Below are positions 19,415 through 29,234 of a stretch of 64,000 nt of DNA, piece by piece. Each line of letters opens with the position of its first letter. Position 1 is the first letter of the stretch. The stretch comes from Bacteroidaceae bacterium (GTDB lineage: Bacteria; Bacillota; Clostridia; Oscillospirales; Acutalibacteraceae). The translations under genes were made by a program, and so were the position numbers. A model generated the notes under the pieces. The model was not told the DNA's origin. It saw only the letters and a list, made by a program, of their open reading frames with translations, and ran no database searches. The DNA is taken from assembly GCA_963623075.1 (NCBI GenBank), contig CAVFJZ010000005.1, positions 7,713-71,712 on the forward strand, given 5' to 3'.

Positions 19415-20995
19415 ATGTATGAAAAGCTGCCACAGGAATTAAAAGAGCGAGGTGCTTTCTGCCTCTGGAAATATGAGGAGCGTGACGGAAACAGAACCAA
19501 GGTGCCGTACCAGACGAACGGCCTTTGTGCGGATTCCTCAAACAAGGCCACATTCACGGATTACGCAATCGCCGTCAGGCATAGGGCCGCATATGACGGT
19601 ATCGGCATAGGCGTTTTCGGGGACATCTGCGCCATTGACATCGACAGCTGTGTCGAGAACGGCGTGCTGTCGGATATGACCGAGGACATCATCGTCCGGA
19701 TGGATACCTATACGGAATACAGCCCGTCCGGGACCGGCGTGTGGATTCTGTTCAAAGCCTTGCTCCCGGCCTACAACAAGGATCGCTATTACATCAATAA
19801 CCGCCGGATCAAGCTGGAGGTCTATGTGGCCGGGTACACAAGCCGCTTTGTCACCGTTACCGGAAACGCCATCAGCGGCACCGGCATCGAGGAGCGAACA
19901 GACGCTCTGACGGAGGTGCTTGAGAAATATATGCGGAAGGCCGAAAAGCCTGTATCCCGTGTAGCCGCTCCGGGCAGCTATCTCTCCGATGAATCCGTTC
20001 TCCAGAAGGCTTTTGCCTCCAAACAAAGCGAGAAGTTCAAGGCGCTGTGGGACGGCATCATCCCGAAGGGCCAATCGCACAGCGAGGCTGACGCAGCCGT
20101 GTGTGCGATGCTGGCGTTCTGGTGCGGCGGCGATATGGAGCAGATGGACCAGCTGTTCAGGCAATCGGCTCTGATGCGGGATAAGTGGAACCGGGATGAT
20201 TACCGCACGGCCACACTTACCAAGGCCGTGGCGATGTGTACGGAATTTTACAAGCCCGTGGACAGGTCCTCGGCGGCGGACGATTTCAACGACCTCCAGC
20301 AGATCGTGGCCTCGCTCCATCCGGCGGAGAATGACCGATATCCGTGGAACGACATCGGCAACGGCAGATTGTTCGCAGACGTGTTCAAGGCCATCGCCCG
20401 TTTCGTCCCGGAGCGAAAACAGTGGCACATCTATGACGGAACACGCTGGTCTCCGACACCGGCTCTCTGAAGGCGATGGAGCTTTGCAAGGCTCTGGCCG
20501 ATGCGCTCATGCGGTACGCCCTCGATATCCACGATGAGCATAAGCGCAAGAGTTACATCGATTTCTGCCGTAAATGGCAGAGCCGCCATATGCGGATCAC
20601 GATCCTATCCGATGCACAGAGCGTATATCCGATCTCCATGCAGGAGTTCGACAGCGACCGTTTCCTGTTCAACTGCGCTAACGGTACGCTCGATCTCCGC
20701 ACGATGGAGTTCCGGGGCCACAGTGCAGAGGACCGGCCGACCAAGATCACACCCGTGGAATACGATCCCCACGCTTGGAGCGACCGCTACAGCCGATTCA
20801 TAAGCGAGATCATGAGCGGCGATACGGAAAAGGCCAAGTTCCTGCAAAAGGCCCTCGGCTACTCCGTCAGCGGCGATACCCGTTTCGAGTGTATGTTCTT
20901 CCTTTACGGCGAGACCACCCGTAACGGCAAAGGGACGCTGATGGAAAGCATTCTCCGGGTCATGGGCGATTACGGACGAGCCGTCAGGCCGGAGA
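19415..20995 (+). pseudogene. Prim-Pol / P4-family primase-helicase, frameshifted near 20450-20470 and 3'-truncated near 21000
   Basis: AEP motifs (AIDIDSC, YSPSGTG), a PriCT-like segment (SHSEADAAVCAMLAFWCGGD) and a D5_N/P-loop part (FLYGETTRNGKGT). The P-loop part continues in another frame after the TGA at 20468. Confidence 0.75.
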
Positions 20996-20999
20996 CGAT

Positions 21000-21662
21000 T
21001 GCGGCTCAAGGCTGTATCAGGTCCGGCACCGGGGCTGGACGCACGAACAGGAGATTTTCGTCTGCGCCAAGTACCGTAAGCACAAAGGAATGTGTACTCC
21101 GCACCAGATCCACAATGTTCAGGTTGAGGAAATCCTGCTCCGGGAACTGCGGCTCATCACCGCCTACGCTCGTGAGCACGAGGATGATTTCATTCAGCCG
21201 GTCACACGGCACAGCGAAAAAGAACTGACCCGGCAGCTCCGTGACAGCACTCGTGAACTTGCACAGGCAGAGGAGCGCATCGGCAAGTTGGACGGCATAA
21301 TTCAGCGGCTCTACGAGGATAATGTTGAGGGCAAGATCAGCGATGAGCGTTTTGCCAAGCTGTCCGCCTCCTATGAGGCCGAGCAGAATCAGCTGGAAAG
21401 CCGCAAAGTCGAGCTTACCGAGTTCATCGCTGCCTCAAAGGAACAGCGGCTGAACGTGGACTCCTTCCTCGGCATGGTGCGTAAGTACACGGACATAACG
21501 GAACTGACCGCTGAGATCATCCGATCCTTCGTGGAGAAAATCGAGGTCAAGAAACCGGAGAAGGTCCCCGGCACACGCACAAAAAAGCAAACCGTAGTTA
21601 TCTACTGGAATTTCATCGGGGCCGTTGAAATCTCCGTTGAATCGCAAGAAAAGACGGCATAG
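21000..21662 (+). pseudogene. Large serine recombinase, C-terminal fragment only (partial zinc ribbon, coiled coil, DUF4368-like end)
   Basis: The frame reads CGSRLYQVRHRGWTHEQEIFVCAKYRKHKGMCTPHQIHNVQVEEILL...KISDERFAKLSASYEAEQ...ITELTAEIIRSFVEKIEV. No resolvase catalytic domain precedes it. Confidence 0.75.
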
Positions 21663-21696
21663 CCTACATTGCTGTAAACTATGCCGTCTCCTTTTT
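21652..21696 (+). terminator. Terminator after the recombinase fragment
   Basis: AGACGGCATAG-loop-CTATGCCGTCT followed by CCTTTTT. Confidence 0.6.
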
Positions 21697-21731
21697 AGAG
21701 ATTTACACTATCCCTAATCCGCACGGACAAA

Positions 21732-21754
21732 TGACCCGGGCCTTTTTGTTTGGT
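21732..21754. repeat. Right arm of the inverted repeat flanking the island (TGACCCGGGCCTTTTTGTTTGGT)
   Basis: Reverse complement of 10749-10770 with one extra T. Confidence 0.8.
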
Positions 21755-21850
21755 ATATTACCTTGGATGGTTTATAACACCGGTACACATGGGCGATAGG
21801 GCACCGGGTACCAACAAAACTAAATTTAAGTAATGAGGCCTACGCTTTTG

Positions 21851-22195
21851 TTATGCTACAAAGGATGCATCTTGTGCATACGCCTTGCGCTGTGCATTCT
21901 GGTGTGTAGCCTGTTTTCTGGCAGCTTTTCTTTCCTCTGCCGCCTTTAAAGCAGCGGCAGCCCGGCGGTTGGATTCTGCTTCCAAGGCTCTGGCTTCCCG
22001 CTCATCATAAGGAACTTCTTCCACTACAGATTCAGAAGTAACTGTATGCTGCTGTGCTTTCTTTTGTTCTCTTCCGGAGCGAACCATGGCCAAAAGGCGA
22101 TCTTCAAAAGCGATTACTTCTTTTTCATGATAAAAACCATATAACAAAGCGAAGATGGCACCCAATTCTAAAATTACTTTTATGGCAAACGGCAT
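21851..22195 (-). CDS. Small membrane-anchored protein with Ala/Lys/Arg-rich tail
   Basis: One N-terminal TM helix (AIKVILELGAIFALLYGFY). The ATG at 22195 lies 8 nt after GGAGG. Confidence 0.5.
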   Translation of the reverse strand: MPFAIKVILELGAIFALLYGFYHEKEVIAFEDRLLAMVRSGREQKKAQQHTVTSESVVEEVPYDEREARALEAESNRRAAAALKAAEERKAARKQATHQNAQRKAYAQDASFVA

Positions 22196-22448
22196 ATGAA
22201 TTACCTCCAACCGAACATTTGTTTTCTGTCTATGCTTTTATTATACATATCCCTTCTGCAATGTCAACACAAATGTTCTTTTTGAATTTTATTGTGTCCC
22301 AAAATACGGACTTTACAAAGAAAAGAGCTACATCGCCCATGAGCAAAACAGCGTTACAGAAACGAATGGTAACACGATTGTAACTACAAGTCAGAAGGAA
22401 AATCAGGTATAATTAGTTTAGGTTATTCTGTAAATTAAGGAGATCTTT

Positions 22449-24227
22449 ATGTCATACGAAAAATTGTGCATGCGTTGTATGAAAGAGCCGGATAATAACT
22501 TCCAGCAATTTCAGCACGAATGTCCGCACTGCCATTTCCGAGAAGATAAGGCGTCTCAATTACCGCCCTATCTGCCTATGCGTTCCGTTGTCGGAGAAAA
22601 ATATCTGGTAGGTGTGGCACTGGACACGAACGGGGACAGCATTACCTATATGGGCTTTGACATGTTGCAAAAGAAAGCCGTTCTGCTCCACGAATTTTTC
22701 CCGGGTCGGGTGGTTAGTCGCAGTGGCACGGAAAGTCCTTTGGAAGTTCGTAGCGGAAAAGAAACCGAATTTGCCATTTTAAAAGGATCCTTTACGGAAT
22801 TATGGAGTAAATTGCAAAAGATGCAGGGCCTGTCCGCCTTGGTACAGACGCTGGATCTGTTTGAAGACAATAACACTGTTTATGCTGTTTCTGAATATGT
22901 AGATGGTTCTCAGTCTTTACGAGACTATCTGTTAAGCAGTAAAAACGGATACCTTTCTTGGAACGAAGCCCGCGTTATGTTTATGCCGGTATTGTCCACT
23001 TTGGCTAATCTGCATTCCGCAGGCATTATTCACCGAGGCATCTCCCCCGCCACGTTAATGGTTTATCCGGATCATAAGATTCATATTACAGGATTCTGTT
23101 TGCCGGAGACGCGCACCGTTAACAGCGGTCTGGCCACAGAAGTTTATCCGGGTTATACCCCAATTGAACAGCTTGGCCTGCAATCTGCCGCCGGACCATG
23201 GACGGACATTTATTCCTTTGCCGCAGTACTGTATCGTACCCTGACCGGTAAGACCCCGGTGGAAGCCTCCATCCGCATGGAACGAGACACCATGAAAATT
23301 CCGGCCAGCATTGCGGAAACACTTCCGGATCACGTTATTTATGCTCTAATTAATGCATTGCAGGTTTATCCGGAAGACCGTACCCGTTCCATAGACACCT
23401 TCCGTGCCGAACTGGACGGTTCCCGCGTAGCCACCATGGCCAACGAATTCCGCGAAGAAGAAAAAGCACGAAAGCGTCGTATGTATGCCGGCCAGGCCAA
23501 TCCTTACGTTGCCTCTATGGTGGAAGATGACTCTATTTCGGAGGAAGAACAGGAAGAGCCAAGGCCCAAAAAGAAAAATACGGAAGGCAGCCAAACCGCA
23601 AAAATTGTTATTATTACCATTCTTGCCGTGCTTTTGGTCTTTGGACTGATTTTTGGCGGCATTGCAGCCTGCACCAAATATAGCGGCAACACGGATGACG
23701 AAGAGTCTGTGGAAGTTCCTAGCTTCGTTGGACAGACCTTAGATGACGTTCAATCTCAATACGGAGACTCCTTCACCTTCAACGTCAAATATAAGACAGA
23801 TGATACCGCAGAGGCCGGCATTATTCTTGACCAAAGTCCAAGTCAAGGGAATACCATACAAAAGGGCGCCACTATTACGCTAACTGTTTCCAAAGGGACG
23901 GACAAAATTACTATGGTAGACGTCAGGGGCAAGACCTATGAAGAAGCCAAAGCCACATTGGAAGGACTTGGGTTTACCGTTGTTAAAGTAGAAAAGGAAA
24001 ATACCGGGGATAACTCCTCCGGTACGGTTGCTTCTACCGACCTTGTTGTCGGAAAGTCTTATGACAAAGGAGCCCAGTGTCAATTACAAGTATGGGGAGA
24101 GCCGGCAACATCGGAACCTACCAGTTCTGGTGGCCTTCCTTGGGGTGGTGAAGATGATAATTATACCATCTCCACCAGCAGTACAACCGCTCCCGCAAAT
24201 GCAAGCTCTACTTCCGCTTCGGAATAA
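22449..24227 (+). CDS. Zinc-ribbon / Ser-Thr-kinase-like pseudokinase / TM / 2x PASTA protein
   Basis: The kinase fold is recognisable (DIYSFAAVLYRTLTG), but the catalytic motifs are degenerate: HRGISPATL in place of HRDxKPxN and ITGF in place of DFG. N-terminal CxxC...CxxC, a TM helix at about aa 385-407 and two PASTA-like repeats. Confidence 0.8.
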   Translation: MSYEKLCMRCMKEPDNNFQQFQHECPHCHFREDKASQLPPYLPMRSVVGEKYLVGVALDTNGDSITYMGFDMLQKKAVLLHEFFPGRVVSRSGTESPLEVRSGKETEFAILKGSFTELWSKLQKMQGLSALVQTLDLFEDNNTVYAVSEYVDGSQSLRDYLLSSKNGYLSWNEARVMFMPVLSTLANLHSAGIIHRGISPATLMVYPDHKIHITGFCLPETRTVNSGLATEVYPGYTPIEQLGLQSAAGPWTDIYSFAAVLYRTLTGKTPVEASIRMERDTMKIPASIAETLPDHVIYALINALQVYPEDRTRSIDTFRAELDGSRVATMANEFREEEKARKRRMYAGQANPYVASMVEDDSISEEEQEEPRPKKKNTEGSQTAKIVIITILAVLLVFGLIFGGIAACTKYSGNTDDEESVEVPSFVGQTLDDVQSQYGDSFTFNVKYKTDDTAEAGIILDQSPSQGNTIQKGATITLTVSKGTDKITMVDVRGKTYEEAKATLEGLGFTVVKVEKENTGDNSSGTVASTDLVVGKSYDKGAQCQLQVWGEPATSEPTSSGGLPWGGEDDNYTISTSSTTAPANASSTSASE

Positions 24228-24256
24228 GACCCCGGTTACCAGAACAGATTAAAAAA

Positions 24257-24296
24257 GAACAGCTGTTACAGAAAATTTCTGTAACAGCTGTTTTGC
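24257..24296. terminator. Bidirectional terminator between convergent genes
   Basis: Perfect hairpin GAACAGCTGTTACAGAAA-T-TTTCTGTAACAGCTGTT, with an A-run before and a T-run after. Confidence 0.7.
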
Positions 24297-24319
24297 ATTT
24301 TACTTTACTTTTTTGTAAG

Positions 24320-25687
24320 TTACTTTCGTTCTTCCATAGGAATATATTCCTTCGGACTGCCAACATAACGGTAAGCAGGACGAATAATTTTACCATGGGA
24401 AATAATTTCTTCCATGCGATGTGCGCTCCAGCCGGCAATACGGGAAATGGCAAAAATAGGAGTATACAATTCCCGTGGCAAGCCAAGCATGGTATATGCA
24501 AACCCACTATAGAAGTCCACGTTGGCACAAAGGCTCTTCTGACTCTTCGTTTTTGCCTTAACCAGATCCGGTGCCAACCGTTCTACCCGTTCGTACAGAG
24601 CAAATTCTTCCGTCATATCTTTTTCCTGAGACAGTTCTGCCACAATTTTGTGGAAAACTTTGGCACGTGGATCAGACTTGGTATAAACCGCATGTCCGAT
24701 ACCGTAAACCAGTCCACTGCCGTCAAATGCTTCTTTATTCAGAATCTTATTCAGATAAGCGGAAATTTCACGATCATTTTCCCAGTCACTGACGTTGGAC
24801 TTAATGTCTTCCATCATGTTAACTACCTTGATATTGGCGCCACCGTGTCTAGGTCCCTTCAAAGAACCGAGTGCTGCAGCAATGGCACTGTAGGTGTCTG
24901 TACCGGAAGAAGAAACAACGCGCGTGGTAAAGCTGGAGTTATTACCGCCACCGTGTTCTGCGTGAAGCACCAGAGCCAAGTCAAGGGTTCTGGCTTCCAG
25001 TTCCGTAAATTGACTGTCTATGCGCAACATATGCAGCAGGTTTTCTGCAGCAGAGTAATCTTCTTTTGGTGCATGAATGAAGAAAGAATCTCCATCATGA
25101 TAATATTTATAGGTCTGATATCCATAAACTGACAGCTGTGGAAATAAAGCAATCAGTTCCAGACATTGACGCAAGACGTTTTCTACGCTGATGTCATCCG
25201 GAGCATGGTCATAGGAATACAGCGTCAGCACACTTCTGGCAAGCGTATTCATCATGTCCTTGCTGGGTGCCTTCATAATGATATCCCGAACAAAATGCGT
25301 TGGCAGATTTCGGTAGCCGGAGAAGAGTTGCTTGAATTCTTCAAATTCCTGCTCATTTGGCAAAGTTCCAAAAAGCAACAGGTAAACCGCTTCTTCAAAG
25401 GCAAAGCGTTTCTGCGAGGAACGTTCCACTAAATCTTCAATAGCATATCCGCGATATCTTAAAACACCGTCTATTTCCGTATCCACGCCGTCTATCATGG
25501 CATGGCCCTGTACTTCGGAAAGTTCAGTTAAGCCGGTTAAAACGCCCTTTCCGGTGGCGTCACGGAGCCCGCGTTTTACATTGTATTGCAGGTAAAGAGA
25601 TGGGTCAATTTCACTATTGGCAACGGCCAAAGATGCCAGATGCTCAATTTGCGGAGTAATCAAGGAATAATCCTTCGTAAAATCCAT
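24320..25687 (-). CDS. gltA: Citrate synthase
   Basis: 455 aa. Conserved motifs LVLHAEHGGGNNS and GPRHGGAN. Confidence 0.9.
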   Translation of the reverse strand: MDFTKDYSLITPQIEHLASLAVANSEIDPSLYLQYNVKRGLRDATGKGVLTGLTELSEVQGHAMIDGVDTEIDGVLRYRGYAIEDLVERSSQKRFAFEEAVYLLLFGTLPNEQEFEEFKQLFSGYRNLPTHFVRDIIMKAPSKDMMNTLARSVLTLYSYDHAPDDISVENVLRQCLELIALFPQLSVYGYQTYKYYHDGDSFFIHAPKEDYSAAENLLHMLRIDSQFTELEARTLDLALVLHAEHGGGNNSSFTTRVVSSSGTDTYSAIAAALGSLKGPRHGGANIKVVNMMEDIKSNVSDWENDREISAYLNKILNKEAFDGSGLVYGIGHAVYTKSDPRAKVFHKIVAELSQEKDMTEEFALYERVERLAPDLVKAKTKSQKSLCANVDFYSGFAYTMLGLPRELYTPIFAISRIAGWSAHRMEEIISHGKIIRPAYRYVGSPKEYIPMEERK

Positions 25688-25820
25688 CTATCGGCTCCTC
25701 CTTTTCTAAGTTCTATTCTTGGAGCTTCCATGATATCACATTGCACGCCAGTTTTCAATAAAATAGGGGCACCACACGGTGCCCCTTCGCCATTCTGTTT
25801 GGTTTTTCATTTAACCGGCA

Positions 25821-27053
25821 TTAGCCGATATTGCAAAGAATATCCAAATAATCTTCTACCAAGTCCTGATACGCTTCTTTCTTTTGGAACAGGCCCAGGA
25901 AAGCCAAATGATTTCGTTCTTCAATTGGCATTTGGTACCAGACACCGGGACGACAGGTATCCAGATAGTGGAAGCTGGTATATTCTTCCGTGCTGGGTGC
26001 CAGTGCACAGTTGGTTGGCATAAAGCCGTCATTGCACTGATAAACAGGAGTAACCAGCGGTGCATCCGGAAGATAATTCTTAAAGGTACCAATAAACAAG
26101 GAAAGCGGTGCTAAAATGCCGGCTTTTTTGGTAGGAACGGAGAAGTCCAACAGTTTTTCCTTTTTCTTAGTAGTAAACGGATTACCATGGGTTGCCTTCT
26201 TCTTTGGAATATAGTCATTGGCATCCTTGGTAACTTCACCGGTATAAGAAATGTAATAAACATTCGGGTTAATCTTCAGCAGCTTATTCAGCTGTGCCAT
26301 GCCTTCTAAGCCGGCATCAAAGAAGATATTGTCTCTTTTGGCGGTTTCATATTTTTCCAATAAATCCTTATCCAGATTCAGGAACTTGTAGTTGCCGGAG
26401 CCATTCACAGCTACTTCCAGCACATTGCCGTATGGGGTACTTTTCGGTGTATCTTTGACCAATTCTTTAACGCTGGAAACAAGGCTTTTACCGCCCCAAG
26501 CAGCCAACGTCAGAGCCTTGGTGCACCAGGGAATATAATAGTCTGCCGCTTGGAAGAAGGTGGTACCGTCATTGTTGCCGGCAAGGGTTACTATGGCATG
26601 AATATAGTCTCCCATTTGGCCACGGAACAGCGGAGAAATGTCTTCCCCGGTTCTTTGTTCTTTTACGGAGCCATATTCAAGCAAATGTGCCAACAAACGA
26701 ACAACCGGTGCGCCAAAGCCGTAGGCAACTAAACTAATTTTATTGGTGGCGTCCCAATTTTGAAGAAAACCTTCGTAAGTGGCGCCATAGCGTTCTGTGC
26801 CGTAGCGTTCAGAATGGGCCTGACCGTAGTCAACGGTTCCGCCGACAATCTGTGCGTACAATTCACAAGTTCTATCCCAAACGCCGCTGAGACTGCCGAA
26901 GGTGGCAGTATAACATTCCAATCCCTCTTCGCGAATCAGCTGGCTTGCTTTTCCGAAGTATGGCAGTACCTTGCCGAGGCCGTTTTCGCCATAAGCGCAA
27001 AGGCCGGGTACCAAAATAATTGGATATTGATATTTCTTCTCAAGCATTTTCAT
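25821..27053 (-). CDS. Lipase-family alpha/beta-hydrolase homologue lacking a signal peptide and the nucleophile Ser
   Basis: Aligns by eye with staphylococcal/Bacillus-type lipases (PIILVPGL, WDRTCELYAQIVGGTVDYGQAH). The elbow reads LVAYGFGAP instead of GHSMGG. The start may be the ATG at 27047. Confidence 0.7.
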   Translation of the reverse strand: MKMLEKKYQYPIILVPGLCAYGENGLGKVLPYFGKASQLIREEGLECYTATFGSLSGVWDRTCELYAQIVGGTVDYGQAHSERYGTERYGATYEGFLQNWDATNKISLVAYGFGAPVVRLLAHLLEYGSVKEQRTGEDISPLFRGQMGDYIHAIVTLAGNNDGTTFFQAADYYIPWCTKALTLAAWGGKSLVSSVKELVKDTPKSTPYGNVLEVAVNGSGNYKFLNLDKDLLEKYETAKRDNIFFDAGLEGMAQLNKLLKINPNVYYISYTGEVTKDANDYIPKKKATHGNPFTTKKKEKLLDFSVPTKKAGILAPLSLFIGTFKNYLPDAPLVTPVYQCNDGFMPTNCALAPSTEEYTSFHYLDTCRPGVWYQMPIEERNHLAFLGLFQKKEAYQDLVEDYLDILCNIG

Positions 27054-27176
27054 AACCTCCCGTTTTCTCCCATATGACTACATAAAAATATACCATTTAT
27101 GGCAATGGAGTGTCAAACGGTTGCAATGAAAACAAGCCCTGATTATAATAAAGCGAACTTATGAGAAGGAGCGCCT

Positions 27177-28463
27177 ATGAAGGTCTATTTTTACACCCTT
27201 GGTTGCAAAGTAAATCAGTATGAAACCGAGACCATGGCAGAGCAATTTGAGCAGGCCGGTTACACGGTTTCTGCGGACCCGGAAGACTGTGACATTATTG
27301 TGGTTAATTCGTGCACCGTAACCGCCGTCAGTGACCAGAAAACCCGGCAAGCGGTCCGCAGATTCAAGCGGAACCGGCCTACGGGTCTTGTTGTCCTGAC
27401 CGGCTGCATGCCACAGGCCTTTCCGGCGCAGGCGGAAAGCCTTGTGGAAGCAGACATTGTGGTCGGCAACAAGGATCACCGCGGGGTAGTGGCACGCGTA
27501 CAGGAATATTTTGCCAAGAGCATTGGAGACCGCTCTATTAGCATTCTGCCCCATGAAAGCGGAGAACTGTTTGAAAATTTACCCATTAAGAGCTTTGGTG
27601 GCCGCAGCCGCGTCTTTGTCAAGGTGCAGGACGGCTGCAACCGTTTCTGTTCTTATTGTATTATTCCGTATGCCAGAGGGCGCAGCCGTTCCCGCTCCTT
27701 AGAAGACTTAGAAGCGGAACTGCGGCAGATCAAAGCAGCCGGACACAGGGAAGTGGTCCTGGTCGGCATCAACTTCTGCTGTTATGGGCTGGATAACGGG
27801 CACTCCTTTGTAGACCCGATTGCCCTTGCCTGCGGACTGGGCTTTGACCGGGTCCGCATTGGCTCCTTGGAATTTGACAACATTTCGGACGAGGCCATTA
27901 TGGAGCTCAGTAAGCTTCCAAACTTTTGCCCTCAATTCCACATTTCCCTGCAGTCCGGCTGTGACAATACGCTAAAAACCATGAATCGCCACTACACCGC
28001 GGCCGAATACAAAGAGCTCTGCACGAAATTGCGGAGACTCTTCCCGGACGCGGCAATCACCACAGACATCATGGTGGGTTTCCCGGGCGAAACAGAGGAA
28101 GACTTCCTTATTTCCCTCAACTTTGCCAAAGAAATCGGTTTTGAAAAGATTCATGTATTCCCCTACTCTTCCCGCCCGGGAACCAAAGCAGCAGAACTTC
28201 CGCAGCTTTCCAAAGCAGTAAAAACAGACCGCGCGCATCGCATGATTGCCGTAGCGGAAGAGCTCCGCACCGACTACCTTCGCAAGCAGATTGGGAAAGA
28301 AGTAGAAATTCTTGCCGAAGCTTTCCACGAAGACCATTTTACCGGTTACACCAAGAACTACATCCCCGTTCGCGTCACCGCCGACCATTCTTACCAGGAT
28401 CAGTTAGTCACCGTCCGCATTATCGGTTCTAACGCCGACGAATGCTTCGGCGAGTTAGTATAA
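27177..28463 (+). CDS. mtaB: tRNA (t6A37) methylthiotransferase MtaB (radical SAM)
   Basis: MKVYFYTLGCKVNQYETE N-terminus and radical-SAM CxxxCxxC motif (GCNRFCSYCIIP). Confidence 0.85.
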   Translation: MKVYFYTLGCKVNQYETETMAEQFEQAGYTVSADPEDCDIIVVNSCTVTAVSDQKTRQAVRRFKRNRPTGLVVLTGCMPQAFPAQAESLVEADIVVGNKDHRGVVARVQEYFAKSIGDRSISILPHESGELFENLPIKSFGGRSRVFVKVQDGCNRFCSYCIIPYARGRSRSRSLEDLEAELRQIKAAGHREVVLVGINFCCYGLDNGHSFVDPIALACGLGFDRVRIGSLEFDNISDEAIMELSKLPNFCPQFHISLQSGCDNTLKTMNRHYTAAEYKELCTKLRRLFPDAAITTDIMVGFPGETEEDFLISLNFAKEIGFEKIHVFPYSSRPGTKAAELPQLSKAVKTDRAHRMIAVAEELRTDYLRKQIGKEVEILAEAFHEDHFTGYTKNYIPVRVTADHSYQDQLVTVRIIGSNADECFGELV

Positions 28464-28526
28464 ACACCCACAAAGCACTTTTCGTGTCTACTAAAGATAA
28501 AGTTACTCTTTTAAAGTAGGATTTTT

Positions 28527-29234
28527 ATGAAACGCAAAGCCCTCAAAGCCGCATTCCCATATACCATTCCCATTTTTGCGGGATTTTGGTTCCTAGGATT
28601 AGCCTATGGTATTTATATGAATACCGCAGGCTTTTCTTTTGTATATCCCATGCTTATGAGCTTCCTGATTTTTGGCGGCTCCTTGGAATTTGTGGCAGTA
28701 GAAATGTTGTTAAGCCCTTTTGCCCCGTTCCAAGTATTCATTATGAGTTTGCTAATTCAAGCCAGACATTTATTCTATGGCATTTCCATGTTAGACAAAT
28801 ATAGAGGGACCGGCTGGAAAAAATTTTTCCTCATCTTCGGCATGTGCGATGAATCTTTTTCTATTAATTACACTGCTCAAATTCCGGAAGATGTGGATAA
28901 AGGCTGGTTTATGCTTTTTGTAACAGAGCTGAATCGCTTCTATTGGGTATCCGGCGCCACCATCGGTGGCTTGGTCGGATCCCTACTTACCTTTGATACC
29001 ACCGGGATCAGTTTCGTTATGACTGCCATGTTTGTTGTCATTTTCCTGGAGCAGTGGTTAACAGAAAAGAATCATATTGCATCCCTGCTTGGAATTGGCG
29101 TTTCTGTTCTTTGCCTTCTGCTTTTTGGCGCAGACTCCTTCATGGTTCCAACCATGGTCGCCATTATTGTTTTGCTCCTTTTACTACGAAAAAAGTTGCA
29201 ACCGAAAAAGACAGAGGTGGAGCAAAAGCTATGA
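28527..29234 (+). CDS. azlC: AzlC-family branched-chain amino-acid exporter subunit
   Basis: 235-aa polytopic membrane protein, followed by an overlapping azlD-like gene. Confidence 0.85.
   Translation: MKRKALKAAFPYTIPIFAGFWFLGLAYGIYMNTAGFSFVYPMLMSFLIFGGSLEFVAVEMLLSPFAPFQVFIMSLLIQARHLFYGISMLDKYRGTGWKKFFLIFGMCDESFSINYTAQIPEDVDKGWFMLFVTELNRFYWVSGATIGGLVGSLLTFDTTGISFVMTAMFVVIFLEQWLTEKNHIASLLGIGVSVLCLLLFGADSFMVPTMVAIIVLLLLLRKKLQPKKTEVEQKL

Larger units (their letters stand above)
10771..21731. mobile_element. Degraded integrative element / defence island (type I R-M, AbiTii-like gene, primase pseudogene, serine-recombinase stump)
   Basis: Bounded by inverted-repeat arms that together resemble a single terminator hairpin. 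Contains mobility-gene remnants, and composition visibly differs between its modules. Confidence 0.6.
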
